Source: a virus
IMG/VR virus record: IMGVR_UViG_3300018080_000014
Coordinates: 1-64,000 of that record
Length of the DNA stretch: 64,000 bases
Reading direction: 5' to 3' (one strand)
Below, piece by piece: positions 1 through 10,237 of this stretch. The notes under the pieces were generated by a model. It made no database searches and had not been told where the DNA came from. It was given only the letters and a program-made list of their open reading frames with translations. A program made the position numbers and the translations under genes. Numbering within the stretch: the stretch's first letter is position 1; every line of letters starts with the position of its first letter.

Positions 1-12
1 GGTGATGGTGTT

Positions 13-201
13 TTGGATGATCCAACATTAGCGTTGGCCATAGCAAAGATGCGTGATTTATCGGATGACACGCACCCAATAGATGAAGTTGAAGGTAGAC
101 AAATAAGACCAGAAAATCCCAACCGCGCACGGGACGGGATGAACATGGAAGACGTGCGACGAGAAAAAGAAATATTCCTACAAGGTAGAAAAATATGGTG
201 A
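13..201 (+). CDS. hypothetical protein (possibly truncated by window edge)
   Basis: 62-aa ORF overlapping the next gene; GGTGA-type RBS upstream. Confidence 0.5.
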   Translation: MDDPTLALAIAKMRDLSDDTHPIDEVEGRQIRPENPNRARDGMNMEDVRREKEIFLQGRKIW

Positions 202-449
202 CCAAAATGAACACCGTAATGACCCTGCAGGAGCCTGCCCAAGAGGGCGTAGTGAAGGAAGAAATCAAGCAAGTACAGCTCAGGGAATTGCTCTCCAAGA
301 AAGACGTGTTCGAGCAACTTGGCTTGTCAGAAGAAACATTCTTCCAGAATTGCGCCCTTCTCGTGAATGCCCAGTCGGTTCAGTCGCTGGACGTTTACGT
401 GGATCAGACTGCCCAAGTAGTGGTCTTACCACGGATAATTGGTGGTTAA
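195..449 (+). CDS. hypothetical protein
   Basis: 84-aa ORF in tightly packed + strand operon. Confidence 0.6.
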   Translation: MVTKMNTVMTLQEPAQEGVVKEEIKQVQLRELLSKKDVFEQLGLSEETFFQNCALLVNAQSVQSLDVYVDQTAQVVVLPRIIGG

Positions 450-450
450 C

Positions 451-1035
451 ATGAGCGAGGCTGCCAAAAAGCATCGTGAACTCCATGGTGAATTTAGTGG
501 AAAGTTTATCGATGATCCAAAAGCATGTGGCATGTCGTTTTATATAGTTGGAGAATATGAATATCTTGTCAATAGGTTTAGCAATGCCAGTGAACACCAG
601 AACAAGAAGGTCGCTGAGATATGCGGTCAATTTACATTCTCCATGAAAACCGAGAAGGTACTTCCCGGGGCATGCTTTGCGATGAATGGCCATTTGTACA
701 AGGCCATATGGATAGATAATATTATCGAATGCCTTGGCAGGATCGAGCGTGTTGAAGAATGGACCATGAGCGGGTACAATGACGATGGTACGAGCATGAT
801 GATCCATTCAATAGTCTTCGTAGATGCCAGTGGTGACTGCGGAATCCTTGCCGAATGGCTGGATGATGATGCGGGACCACCAGAGCAAGATGATATAAAA
901 TTTGCTGATGATGGATGGCTTGAGGAAGAATTGCAGGAAGCAATTGAAAATGGATCCGTTAAACTGGATAAAGCACCAATCATCAGTACCATAGAGGATA
1001 GAATGACCTGCACGTTCGATCCGTTTGATTTTTAG
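451..1035 (+). CDS. hypothetical protein with acidic C-terminus
   Basis: ORF 439..1035; ATG at 451 follows the previous stop. Confidence 0.65.
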   Translation: MSEAAKKHRELHGEFSGKFIDDPKACGMSFYIVGEYEYLVNRFSNASEHQNKKVAEICGQFTFSMKTEKVLPGACFAMNGHLYKAIWIDNIIECLGRIERVEEWTMSGYNDDGTSMMIHSIVFVDASGDCGILAEWLDDDAGPPEQDDIKFADDGWLEEELQEAIENGSVKLDKAPIISTIEDRMTCTFDPFDF

Positions 1036-1362
1036 GTGATGAACATGGAGAAAAGATTATGGTACATGGCACACCCGTACAGTGATAATCCAGAGAGGAA
1101 TTTTGACTTGGCAAATGAGCGAGCATCAAGGCTTGTTAAGAAAGGATTCCACTTGTATTCACCAATTTCGCACACGCACCCTATCCACATGGTGGCAGGA
1201 ATGCCATGGGAATTTTGGATGGATTTTGACGAATCCTTCATGAAGATATGCGATGGAATAATCCTGTGCCCGGGGTGGGAGAATAGCAAGGGGTGCAATA
1301 TTGAGAGAAAATTTTTCCAAGACCACGGGAAGGACGTGCTACTGTACGAGGAGATTATATAA
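1036..1362 (+). CDS. DUF1937/DUF4406-like, nucleoside 2-deoxyribosyltransferase-fold protein
   Basis: YMAHPYS, YSPISHTH, CDGIILCPGWENSKGCNIE motifs typical of this phage family. Confidence 0.75.
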   Translation: MMNMEKRLWYMAHPYSDNPERNFDLANERASRLVKKGFHLYSPISHTHPIHMVAGMPWEFWMDFDESFMKICDGIILCPGWENSKGCNIERKFFQDHGKDVLLYEEII

Positions 1363-2492
1363 TGCTGGCATACAATTCGGAAATATCCCAATACAAGTAC
1401 ATGCCGTTACCTTGGATAAGCAAGAGCAGGTATAGATCGTGGAGATATTGCCAATACAATTTCTATCTCGATGAGCTGGAGCATGTTGCTCCAAAACCAA
1501 TAGACCAAGAAATGGAACACAAGGGCACCATTGGAACCAACATGCATCTCGTGTTCCACGAATTCTTCAACCAAGTCAAGGAGCAAAGATTAATAGATAA
1601 TTTCATGCGGATAGGAGTGGAGCACAATCCAAAAGATAGCTCGTTGTTCTATGCATTTTTCGCATTATGCCAAGATATTATTCCCAAGGAAGCGAGAGGC
1701 GTGGTGGAATATTCCAAGATATTATCAAATTTCTGCGAGTTCCAAGTACAGAATTGGATATATATCACGGAAAACATGGTTCCTACCAAGAAAAACTACA
1801 TCAAGTACTGGTTTCCCGTGAGGATGGAAGCATTCTTGCGAGATCCTATTAGGGAATACTACGGGACAGCCGATGCCATATACAGGAATCCAAACTTTGC
1901 CAATGACAAGAAACCATACATAATCATGGATTACAAGACCGGGCATACACCAGCATCCGTGAGGAAATTCCAAGGCATGAACCCGTTTTCCGTAAGTCTC
2001 CCGACATCCAAGCTGGAAGAATTGCATTTCTACGCGTGGCTAGTTGCCGAAGGCAAATACATTTCCAAGGGTACATTGTGGTACTTGATGGATTGGGAAG
2101 AATGCGAAGGGTTCAGGAGAAGGATAAAGAAAAACCACATCGTACTACCACCAAAGGTTAAACCACCATTAGTAGAATCTGGAACGTGGAAGGTGGGTAG
2201 GAAAGGCGTGAAATACTGGCGAGAAGAATTTCCAGACGTGAAATCGTACAAGGATGTTATCGTTGCGATGGTATTTCTTGGTGATGATGACGTGTACGTG
2301 GCATCCAAAAAGACTGGCGCAAGGACCATGAACAATATCCATATGTATTCGGACCAGCTCAGGGAACATTACGCGGAACATGGCATGGATGAAAGCGCGT
2401 ATGAAAGGAAAACGAACACGTATGCATGCGATAGATGCTTTCAATCTGCCACGTGCTCGGAGCGAGAAGCAAGAGAAATAATGGGGTTGTGA
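1362..2492 (+). CDS. Cas4/RecB-like PD-(D/E)XK exonuclease with Fe-S cluster cysteines
   Basis: SKS..C N-terminus, GTNMH, GTADAI, IMDYKTG, ELHFYA, C-terminal CDRC..C. Confidence 0.85.
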   Translation: MLAYNSEISQYKYMPLPWISKSRYRSWRYCQYNFYLDELEHVAPKPIDQEMEHKGTIGTNMHLVFHEFFNQVKEQRLIDNFMRIGVEHNPKDSSLFYAFFALCQDIIPKEARGVVEYSKILSNFCEFQVQNWIYITENMVPTKKNYIKYWFPVRMEAFLRDPIREYYGTADAIYRNPNFANDKKPYIIMDYKTGHTPASVRKFQGMNPFSVSLPTSKLEELHFYAWLVAEGKYISKGTLWYLMDWEECEGFRRRIKKNHIVLPPKVKPPLVESGTWKVGRKGVKYWREEFPDVKSYKDVIVAMVFLGDDDVYVASKKTGARTMNNIHMYSDQLREHYAEHGMDESAYERKTNTYACDRCFQSATCSEREAREIMGL

Positions 2493-3577
2493 TGATGGAT
2501 TATGAGCATCTCTACTTCGAGACAGGCATCCCGGCAAGGCCGGGATACAGAAAATATTTCCATGGATGGAAACGTGCATACCAGAATGCTATGTGGTGGG
2601 CAAAGCCGGGAAACGACGTGTACATCAGCGTCTACGGGTTTGCGGATCTTGTTTTCAACGGCACGAGCAAGGGATACAAGCGGACAACGCTTCCAGATTA
2701 CAAGACCGCGCAGGTTGACAAGATATTTCTCGATTTTGATTACTTCGTTCCCGGCACGAAAAAATTCAGGGAAGATGCGCAGCTCGACGCGCTTACCGTG
2801 GATGAATGGCTCCACAAGAAAGATATACGAAGGAGATGGGTGTTTTCTGGTGGTGGATACCACTGCCTGATACGCGCGGAAGGATCTGCTGATAGCGTGG
2901 AAAACGCACACTTCTTTCTCTATGCGATGCTCAAGGATACGCAAGGAATAGACGAGGTAACGTTTGATTTGGAACGCATGCGGAGGTTACCGGGATCGTA
3001 CAACAAGAAACGAAAAGCATATTGTATTCCAATAACAATAGAAGAATTGGAATTGCCATACAACGAAATAAAAAAAATAGCAAACAAGCCAAGAAGAGCA
3101 AACTACAACAAGTACACGAGTGGCAATGAAACATGGTTCATAGACGATGTGCAAAGCGTTCACAGGGAATCGAGGACCATTCTCGGATCGTATTCGAGGA
3201 GCGTTATACAGGGCGACACGCAGAAAGTCCTCGATTACTATGGCATAGATTTCGACACAGATTTTTGCCATGTCATGAAGCACATAATAACAAAAGATGC
3301 ACCAAACAATTTCGAGAGACTCCAGTTAATACGATACTTGAAGGATGTGGTCGGTGTACCGTTTGTTGATGTCATGGACAAACACAAGACTGTCATGAAC
3401 CTCCTGTATAACTTGTTACATGACAAGAAAAAAGCACGTCACTCGAACAACGCGCAAGAAGCGAAAACTATATACCAAAGAAACAAGAAATTCCACCCGT
3501 ACAAGCTCAAGAAGCTTGGTATATGTCCAGAAGATTGTAAAGAATGTTTGCGGAGGAGAACCATGAATGGAAATTGA
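2492..3577 (+). CDS. archaeo-eukaryotic primase, PriS catalytic domain fused to a PriL-C-like domain
   Basis: IFLDFD, FSGGGYH, RRLPGSYN catalytic motifs; C-terminal FCHVMKHI..NFERLQLIRYL..KLKKLGICPEDC resembles the PriL C-terminal domain. Confidence 0.8.
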   Translation: MMDYEHLYFETGIPARPGYRKYFHGWKRAYQNAMWWAKPGNDVYISVYGFADLVFNGTSKGYKRTTLPDYKTAQVDKIFLDFDYFVPGTKKFREDAQLDALTVDEWLHKKDIRRRWVFSGGGYHCLIRAEGSADSVENAHFFLYAMLKDTQGIDEVTFDLERMRRLPGSYNKKRKAYCIPITIEELELPYNEIKKIANKPRRANYNKYTSGNETWFIDDVQSVHRESRTILGSYSRSVIQGDTQKVLDYYGIDFDTDFCHVMKHIITKDAPNNFERLQLIRYLKDVVGVPFVDVMDKHKTVMNLLYNLLHDKKKARHSNNAQEAKTIYQRNKKFHPYKLKKLGICPEDCKECLRRRTMNGN

Positions 3578-3722
3578 TGAAGATTTTCAAGATATGCAAT
3601 CCATCGAATTTGCCAATTGGATTGTGGAAGAATCGAAAACAGGAGTAAAAATTCCAAAAGAAATGTTTGAAAGATTGGCGGCGACACACCGTGACACAAG
3701 AAGCGAAGAAGTTGCTCGTTGA
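3567..3722 (+). CDS. small hypothetical protein (51 aa)
   Basis: Manually read ORF MEIDEDFQDMQ..RSEEVAR bridging primase and ERCC4 genes; below the ORF-track cutoff. Confidence 0.45.
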   Translation: MEIDEDFQDMQSIEFANWIVEESKTGVKIPKEMFERLAATHRDTRSEEVAR

Positions 3723-4494
3723 TAGCAACGAACCACCAGACCTGATAGAACAGCTGGTAAGGCGAGGAAGAGGTAAGGCAAATTTCAAGGTTGAACAATG
3801 CCAGATACGGTACTACAAATGCGATCACTGTGGACGCGTGTTCCTGAATACCATAGACAATTGCCCAAATTGTGACAGGGTTGCGCAGGATGCATGGGAA
3901 ACCGGACGTGTTGCCGACATGTGTGATTCCAAGGGTAGATGTGGATGGGAACGAAAAAGTGAAAGTGATTACAAGAATTCGGTGGTATCACAACGCATCT
4001 ATCCACAGATGGAAAACTTGGAGCAATGTTTCGGATCTGCAGGAGGCATTGTCGTGGAAGGATACTTGGAATCACTATGCATGGATTATCCCAAGCTCGC
4101 AAGCTGGCTCAAGAGCGTCATGGCAGAATGCCAGTACCAGCGGTACATCCATTGTAATTTTGTTGGAGATAGAGATGGACTTCTCGATCTCGTGGAATGG
4201 GGGATGCGCAAGGCAGGCGAACCTATCAAGCAACGTGCTGTCCGCGATAGGCGGGCGTTGGACCCACGGATAAGGGCACTGATGAACAACTGTGATAACG
4301 TCGGGTTCGAGGCAGCTAGAACCCTGTACTTCTTGTTCGGAGACCAACAAGGAATCATCAAGGCAATACAGGATGGAACAGTCGAATTGCTATATGGATT
4401 TGGTCCTAAAACACTGGAATCGCTCAACGAGTATTTCTTTGAAAAAGCAGATCTTGATGGATGGCAACCAACAAAACCATTGATGAAAAAATGA
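3691..4494 (+). CDS. ERCC4/XPF-family structure-specific nuclease with Zn-ribbon insert and HhH motifs
   Basis: LLVDSNE, ADM, WERKSESDY, IVVEG; CDHC..CPNC insert; NVGFEAA and GFGPKT HhH motifs. Confidence 0.8.
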   Translation: MTQEAKKLLVDSNEPPDLIEQLVRRGRGKANFKVEQCQIRYYKCDHCGRVFLNTIDNCPNCDRVAQDAWETGRVADMCDSKGRCGWERKSESDYKNSVVSQRIYPQMENLEQCFGSAGGIVVEGYLESLCMDYPKLASWLKSVMAECQYQRYIHCNFVGDRDGLLDLVEWGMRKAGEPIKQRAVRDRRALDPRIRALMNNCDNVGFEAARTLYFLFGDQQGIIKAIQDGTVELLYGFGPKTLESLNEYFFEKADLDGWQPTKPLMKK

Positions 4495-6311
4495 GCAAGC
4501 ATGATAACTGGCAAAGGATACGCACCTCCATATCTGACTACGTGGTAAGAGGTGACCCGCCTTTAGAGGTAGCATTGTTGCTCGAAGCGTTTCCAGGTGC
4601 TGGTAAAACGACCAACGTACTAGCGGAGTTGATGCGCCTAGAGCAACCTTTTATTTACCTCGCTCCAGATCATGACGTGATACTCGAAAACCTGACGTTC
4701 CACATGGACGATTATCTTGGCGGATTTATACACCTCCAAGGAAGGAGGCATCTCTGTGCTGTGCCCGAGAGAAGGGAATATGCAGAGAACTTTGGAATGC
4801 CAATCAAGCCGTTCTGCTCAACATGCGAGTACAAGAAAGATGGATCGTGCGAATATTACAGGAGGCGTAGGACAATAGAACACGACAATCCCCCATCTTG
4901 GGCAGGCGTCCATGCACACATAACGACGTATCTCAGGAGATACTTGTTTGGAAGCGAGGATGTGGAAGGACACCATGATGATTTCGATATAATCGTCATA
5001 GAGGAGAACCCGATACGTGAGCTCATGCGCACTGTGAACCTGCAGAGAAATGACATGGCATTGATGGAAGGCGAGCTTGCCAATTTCACGTTTGGAAATG
5101 CTGAGCAGCAAGACTTGCTTACCATCATGCTGGATTATTTCATCACGAGGATAAACAGGAGGTTCAATTACGATCTCGTGTGGAGGAACTTCGTGCAGGA
5201 GTGGAGGAATTTCAGCAGGGAGCAGTGGCAAGATTTCAAGGATGAATTTGACGCGCACCTCGTGCGAAGGATAATCAACGAAGGATTGCAGCGTGTTCCA
5301 GTGGACATCATACTGCTGCTCGATGATATACTTACCACGACGACGAGAGAAATGCTCCCGTATCACATAATGGCAACGAGGAAAAGTGATTATCCAGTAA
5401 TAAGCCTGAGCTATTTTTATGGAGATGCGCTGCACGATTTGCCGATGCACGTGGTAGGTCTTGACGGTACGGCAAACATGGACGTGTGGAGGATGGTACT
5501 ATCCAAGGATGTGCGAGGCGTGAGGATAACGCATTCCTTCGAGAACGTCTACCAGTTATCGCAGGGATCATATCCTGCGGAATCGTGGATATACAAGGGA
5601 CACTTGAGAGACACCGGTGAATCGTTGCTGCATCTTCTTGGACTCATAATGAAGAGCAGGGCAGGAACCGTGCTCTTGATAGGGAGCAAGAGATTAAAAC
5701 CATACGTGGAAAGCTACCTGAAGGAAAAAGGGTTGAACGATAATGCGGAATATGCATGGTATTACAACCTGAGGAGCAAGAATTTCAACTATTGTGATAC
5801 CGTGGTTCTCCTGATGAAACCAGGTCCACCACGACAGCAGATAGACGTGTACACGCATCTCAGCGGATGGCCTGATGCTGAAAGAATATGGAAGGAACAT
5901 TACGTTAAGGATGAAATGATACAGGCAATGGCAAGGATACGCCCGAATCTAAAGGAGGTATCTGACGTGTTCGGGAATCCAAGGGAAAGGGATAGGGTTG
6001 AAATATTTGTATTCTCCAAGGAGGAGATATTCGCGGATGAGCAATCGGTAAAGGAAGGATCGTATTATTTTATAAACAAGACTACCATGGAATATTTCTT
6101 GAGAATGGGAATAAGCTCGCCGGTACATCTCACGAGAAACGATATAGCCGTGGAGGAAAGGATACTCCAAATCCTTGGTGATTACGAGGAGCGAACGTAC
6201 AACGAGATACGTGATATAATAGCCATGCCAAGAGTGGTGAAGAGATGCTTGGCAAGGATGATCCATTTTAAAAAATTATACTATCATGGAGGTAAGTATG
6301 GAATTGTTTGA
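4491..6311 (+). CDS. SF2-like helicase with XPD/DinG-type Fe-S cysteines and probable C-terminal winged helix
   Basis: Walker A FPGAGKTT, YLAPDH (Ia), QGRRHLC..CSTC..C cluster, IIVIEENP (variant Walker B), LDGTA (III), QAMARIR (VI). Confidence 0.75.
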   Translation: MSKHDNWQRIRTSISDYVVRGDPPLEVALLLEAFPGAGKTTNVLAELMRLEQPFIYLAPDHDVILENLTFHMDDYLGGFIHLQGRRHLCAVPERREYAENFGMPIKPFCSTCEYKKDGSCEYYRRRRTIEHDNPPSWAGVHAHITTYLRRYLFGSEDVEGHHDDFDIIVIEENPIRELMRTVNLQRNDMALMEGELANFTFGNAEQQDLLTIMLDYFITRINRRFNYDLVWRNFVQEWRNFSREQWQDFKDEFDAHLVRRIINEGLQRVPVDIILLLDDILTTTTREMLPYHIMATRKSDYPVISLSYFYGDALHDLPMHVVGLDGTANMDVWRMVLSKDVRGVRITHSFENVYQLSQGSYPAESWIYKGHLRDTGESLLHLLGLIMKSRAGTVLLIGSKRLKPYVESYLKEKGLNDNAEYAWYYNLRSKNFNYCDTVVLLMKPGPPRQQIDVYTHLSGWPDAERIWKEHYVKDEMIQAMARIRPNLKEVSDVFGNPRERDRVEIFVFSKEEIFADEQSVKEGSYYFINKTTMEYFLRMGISSPVHLTRNDIAVEERILQILGDYEERTYNEIRDIIAMPRVVKRCLARMIHFKKLYYHGGKYGIV

Positions 6312-6630
6312 TGATCTTGTTGGAAAATGGAAAGCAAAGAAAAGTAAATCAGTTCCTGTCGTGAAAGAAGGTCGCACGTGGCAGCAGATAGCCATGTGGT
6401 TCGTACGAGAAGTGAAACCAAAATTTGATGAATTTCCAGAAGGATTCGCAATGGCAGGCAAGACATTAAGAAACGCGGTAGGCGATCCAAACAATACACG
6501 ATTTAGGAGAATGTGCAAGGATAATGGTGTAAGAATCCTGAAAACAAAAAACCAAGATATATATACAATAACGAGATACAACATAGTGGAAGAGAGGTTG
6601 AAAAAAAGTGAAAATACTGGCATGTTCTGA
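6298..6630 (+). CDS. basic hypothetical protein
   Basis: GGAGGT RBS, overlaps neighbouring genes. Confidence 0.6.
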   Translation: MELFDDLVGKWKAKKSKSVPVVKEGRTWQQIAMWFVREVKPKFDEFPEGFAMAGKTLRNAVGDPNNTRFRRMCKDNGVRILKTKNQDIYTITRYNIVEERLKKSENTGMF

Positions 6631-7804
6631 CCCGCTCATGATAAATTCCAGCTATTCTCTCCAGATGCGATTGCTAATAAACAATCTGGATGCAGGATGG
6701 CATTATGTACAAAATGGTGTGCGGGTTGGGCAGAAAGAAGAAATACGAGACGAGAATGGTGAAATACTGGCAACGTTGTACCCCGGCGAAAGCAAGAGTG
6801 CATCGTACAGCCCGGACAAGGTATTCAAGATGGCTAATGAACTTGACCCTGACGTTGTATTCCTGTACGAAGATCCACAACACCTGTACAAGTACATGAC
6901 GTTCCAGAGAAAAACACCACACGCAGCAATATGCTGGTTCCCGTGGGACAACGATGAATGGAATGGTAGCATAGGAGCGTTCTTGACTTCATGCGAGGAT
7001 TCCGATTACGTGCCGATAGGAATATCACGGGCAACGCAAAAATTATGCCACGATAATGGGCATGATATAGGACAGATATATAACATCGTGGATGACGTGT
7101 TCAGACCATTGGATCCAACACTCGTCAACGCGGAGAAAGCATCCCTTCTTAGGCAGTTCGAATTGCCACGGGATAGAAAAATACTCCTGTACGTTGGAAG
7201 GCTTGCACCACGAAAGAACATAGAATCCCTGCTTTCCATGGCACAAAGCCTGAGAAGGAAACGGGAAGATTTCGTGCTGTTCATGCATTGCGATATAAAT
7301 GATCCGGGGTCCAGCTGCGACCTGCGAACAGAAATCATCACGCGTGGAATGGTTGAGTATGTCAGGGTAAACATCATAGAATGGGATAAAGGCGTGTCCT
7401 CGCAGGAACTCAACATGCTTTACAATTGCTGCGACGTGTACGTGTCGGCCAGTGGTGGTGAGGGATTCGGATTGCCGGTATGTGAAGCGGGTGCGTGTGG
7501 AAAAACATTCGTCGTACCTGATAACACGACTGGACCTGAATTCTCGCAGAACGGGAAGCACGGGTTACTTGCGCCAAATGGTGGGTATTACAGGGTGCTC
7601 GATTACATCAACCGCCCGTTCGTTGACCATGATGCCATGGCAGAGCAGGTGGATTACTTGTTGGACCACAAGAATCTTGCATGGAGGATGGGGGAATCAT
7701 TCAGGAAATGGGTGCAGGCGAATTGTTCCGTTAAAGTAGTGATGGAACAATTCAAGCACGAAATGGAGCAATTTGTACCACTGGAATGCACGGTGAAAAC
7801 ATAA
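6608..7804 (+). CDS. GT4 family glycosyltransferase
   Basis: LYVGRLAPRKN, LYNCCDVYVSASGGEGFGLPVCEAGACG (E-x7-E motif). Confidence 0.9.
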   Translation: MKILACSDPLMINSSYSLQMRLLINNLDAGWHYVQNGVRVGQKEEIRDENGEILATLYPGESKSASYSPDKVFKMANELDPDVVFLYEDPQHLYKYMTFQRKTPHAAICWFPWDNDEWNGSIGAFLTSCEDSDYVPIGISRATQKLCHDNGHDIGQIYNIVDDVFRPLDPTLVNAEKASLLRQFELPRDRKILLYVGRLAPRKNIESLLSMAQSLRRKREDFVLFMHCDINDPGSSCDLRTEIITRGMVEYVRVNIIEWDKGVSSQELNMLYNCCDVYVSASGGEGFGLPVCEAGACGKTFVVPDNTTGPEFSQNGKHGLLAPNGGYYRVLDYINRPFVDHDAMAEQVDYLLDHKNLAWRMGESFRKWVQANCSVKVVMEQFKHEMEQFVPLECTVKT

Positions 7805-8601
7805 TGGTAAAATACGTTAAACCGAGTTTCGAGATACTGGCAATGACGCATGGCGTTGCTGGTGCGTTTATAGGTAAATTGGAAGGGTATCCGATGATCC
7901 CTTTTAAATTAATAGAAGCTGCTGGAAGGACGTGCTACAAGAGCGAGGAAAAGATAAGCGAGAAATCTGCCGAGAAGTTCGTGGAGATGATAGTAGGACG
8001 TGGACACCTGAGCGTGATAGAGCACGTTAACGTCACGGTGAAGTTCGTGTGCAACCGCGGGTTCACCCACGAGCTGGTGCGGCACAGGCTAGCAGCTTAT
8101 TCCCAAGAAAGCACGAGGTACTGTGATTATGGTAGCGGGAAACATGGTAAGGAAATTACGGTGATAGACCAGCGTGCCACGATCATCAGGGAAATGCTTC
8201 CAAAGTTCGATTTCGAGGATTGGGGAATCGAAACCATAAGGGAATATCTCAAGAGAGAGGTCGGCATGACCGACATGAGATCCCTTCCTGTATGGAAAGA
8301 TGTGGATGTTGGACACGCATTCAGGGCCGTTGGTGACTGGATAACGGCGATGGAAAAAGCGGAGAGGTTGTACCTGAGCATGCGGGAATGGGGCGCACCT
8401 CCACAAGTGGCACGTGGTGTTCTTCCCATTGACGTGAAGACGGAGATAGTTATGACCGCAAACCTTCGAGAATGGGGCCACGTCTTCAAGATGCGGGCAA
8501 GCCCGAAAGCACATCCAAACATGCAAGAATTGATGTACCCGTTACTGGAGAGATTCAGGCAGTTATTTCCCGGCGTGTACGATAACTTGGAGGTATTCTG
8601 A
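7804..8601 (+). CDS. thyX: FAD-dependent thymidylate synthase
   Basis: AGRTCY, GHLSVIEH, THELVRHRLAAYSQESTRY signature, ARGVLP, NLREW. Confidence 0.95.
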   Translation: MVKYVKPSFEILAMTHGVAGAFIGKLEGYPMIPFKLIEAAGRTCYKSEEKISEKSAEKFVEMIVGRGHLSVIEHVNVTVKFVCNRGFTHELVRHRLAAYSQESTRYCDYGSGKHGKEITVIDQRATIIREMLPKFDFEDWGIETIREYLKREVGMTDMRSLPVWKDVDVGHAFRAVGDWITAMEKAERLYLSMREWGAPPQVARGVLPIDVKTEIVMTANLREWGHVFKMRASPKAHPNMQELMYPLLERFRQLFPGVYDNLEVF

Positions 8602-9173
8602 TGAAAATATGGTGTGATGGTGGCGTGTCACCGAATCCCGGCAAGGGAAAGGTAAAGATAGTTGCCGAGGTAAACGGGCGCACGGAATACGAGAAGGAGT
8701 GGCCCTTTGAAGGGACGAACAACGAGGCAGAGATGCATGCCCTGATAAAGGCGCTCATATATGCCAAGAATTATAACGAGCATTATGATGAAGAGGTCCA
8801 GATATTAACTGACTCGCAGAACGTTATTTGCTGGATGGATGGAAGGTACAAGGTAAAGGCAACAAACATACGGGAACTATACAGGACCGCATACATGATA
8901 CTCGACAATCTCCAAAACAAGTATAGGGCAATTTCTCTGGTAAAGACGACGCATGCGGAAAACAAGGCACACCCAGAACTTTCCAACATAGTTGCCGCGC
9001 CGCTCGATGAACTGGTGAATGGTGAACCAGAATGGTCAAAGCAGATGGCACTACGACATACCACGCAGATACATATATTCAATGGCAAGAATTACGTGTT
9101 GTACGATGCGTGGGACAAGGCGATAAAGGAAATACATTCTCTATTGAAGGAAATACATGATAATGGTGCATAA
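8601..9173 (+). CDS. rnhA: ribonuclease HI-like protein
   Basis: WCDGGVSPNPG, TNNEAE, TDSQ, ENKAH. Confidence 0.85.
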   Translation: MKIWCDGGVSPNPGKGKVKIVAEVNGRTEYEKEWPFEGTNNEAEMHALIKALIYAKNYNEHYDEEVQILTDSQNVICWMDGRYKVKATNIRELYRTAYMILDNLQNKYRAISLVKTTHAENKAHPELSNIVAAPLDELVNGEPEWSKQMALRHTTQIHIFNGKNYVLYDAWDKAIKEIHSLLKEIHDNGA

Positions 9174-9175
9174 CA

Positions 9176-10237
9176 ATGGAAGTTGAATGGATAGGACATC
9201 TCGGTATACCAAGCGGGTACGGGACGGCATCGATGCATTATGTCGAGGAATTAAACAACATGGTGGATCTAAAGTGTACAACGCTCGATAGAAACATGTA
9301 CATGTACGGGTGGATGGAAAAACTGGCGGAGAAAAAGCTGGATAATCCCGTGAAGGTAACGCATGCAATACCGAACGAGATTCCAGATTCATTGGGCGAT
9401 GCATGTTACACGGTGTTCGAGTTCCACCAGGCACCTGAGGAATGGGAGCGGAAACTGGAAGACGTGCATTTCGTCTTCACCCCGAGCGAGTACTCCAAGG
9501 AGTCGCTGTCAACCGTGTGCGACAAGGACAAGATAAAGGTGATAAACCACGGCGTGTCTCCAGAATTCAACCCGTATGGTGGAAAGGTAGAATTTGCCAA
9601 ATCGAGAACAATCAAGTGGAAAAACTCGCTGGACATGCCATCGTTCAAGTTCCTCAGCGTGTTCGAGTGGGTGGAACGGAAATGCCCGGATCGCCTCATA
9701 CAAGCATTCTGCGAGGAGTTCGACGTGGAGGAGGACGTGTGCCTGATATTGAAAACCGATCACTATGCCACGCCAGTTCGCAGGATGATCAAGAAACTGG
9801 CAGGTAACAATAACGTGTACCATTTCAGGCAATTCGTCACTGATATATCCAACCTGTACAGGGGAGCGAATGCATATATTTCTGTTGGTCCTGAAGGGTG
9901 GGGCGAGACCCTCTCTGAGGCAATGGCATGCGGAATGCCGACGATTGGTCCAAACTGGAGTGGCACGACGGAATTCATGAATTCATTCAACTCGTTCCAG
10001 ATAGAGCCGGATGATGCCATACCAATAAAATACAACAAGATGGAAGCAATAGTAAAACCATGGTTCACGTACCAACCGCCCAAGATAGATAGCATACGAA
10101 GCAACATGCGAGCCGTGTACGAGGAAAATTGCGAGAATATCGATGCCATTACACGCAATGCCGTGCAGGACATGCAAGAATTTACTTGGGAGAAAGCCAC
10201 TTCCAAGATGGTAAAATACTTGGAGGAATTGAGATGA
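9176..10237 (+). CDS. GT4 family glycosyltransferase
   Basis: SGYG, FTPSEYSK, FKFLSVFEWVERK, EGWGETLSEAMACG. Confidence 0.9.
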   Translation: MEVEWIGHLGIPSGYGTASMHYVEELNNMVDLKCTTLDRNMYMYGWMEKLAEKKLDNPVKVTHAIPNEIPDSLGDACYTVFEFHQAPEEWERKLEDVHFVFTPSEYSKESLSTVCDKDKIKVINHGVSPEFNPYGGKVEFAKSRTIKWKNSLDMPSFKFLSVFEWVERKCPDRLIQAFCEEFDVEEDVCLILKTDHYATPVRRMIKKLAGNNNVYHFRQFVTDISNLYRGANAYISVGPEGWGETLSEAMACGMPTIGPNWSGTTEFMNSFNSFQIEPDDAIPIKYNKMEAIVKPWFTYQPPKIDSIRSNMRAVYEENCENIDAITRNAVQDMQEFTWEKATSKMVKYLEELR

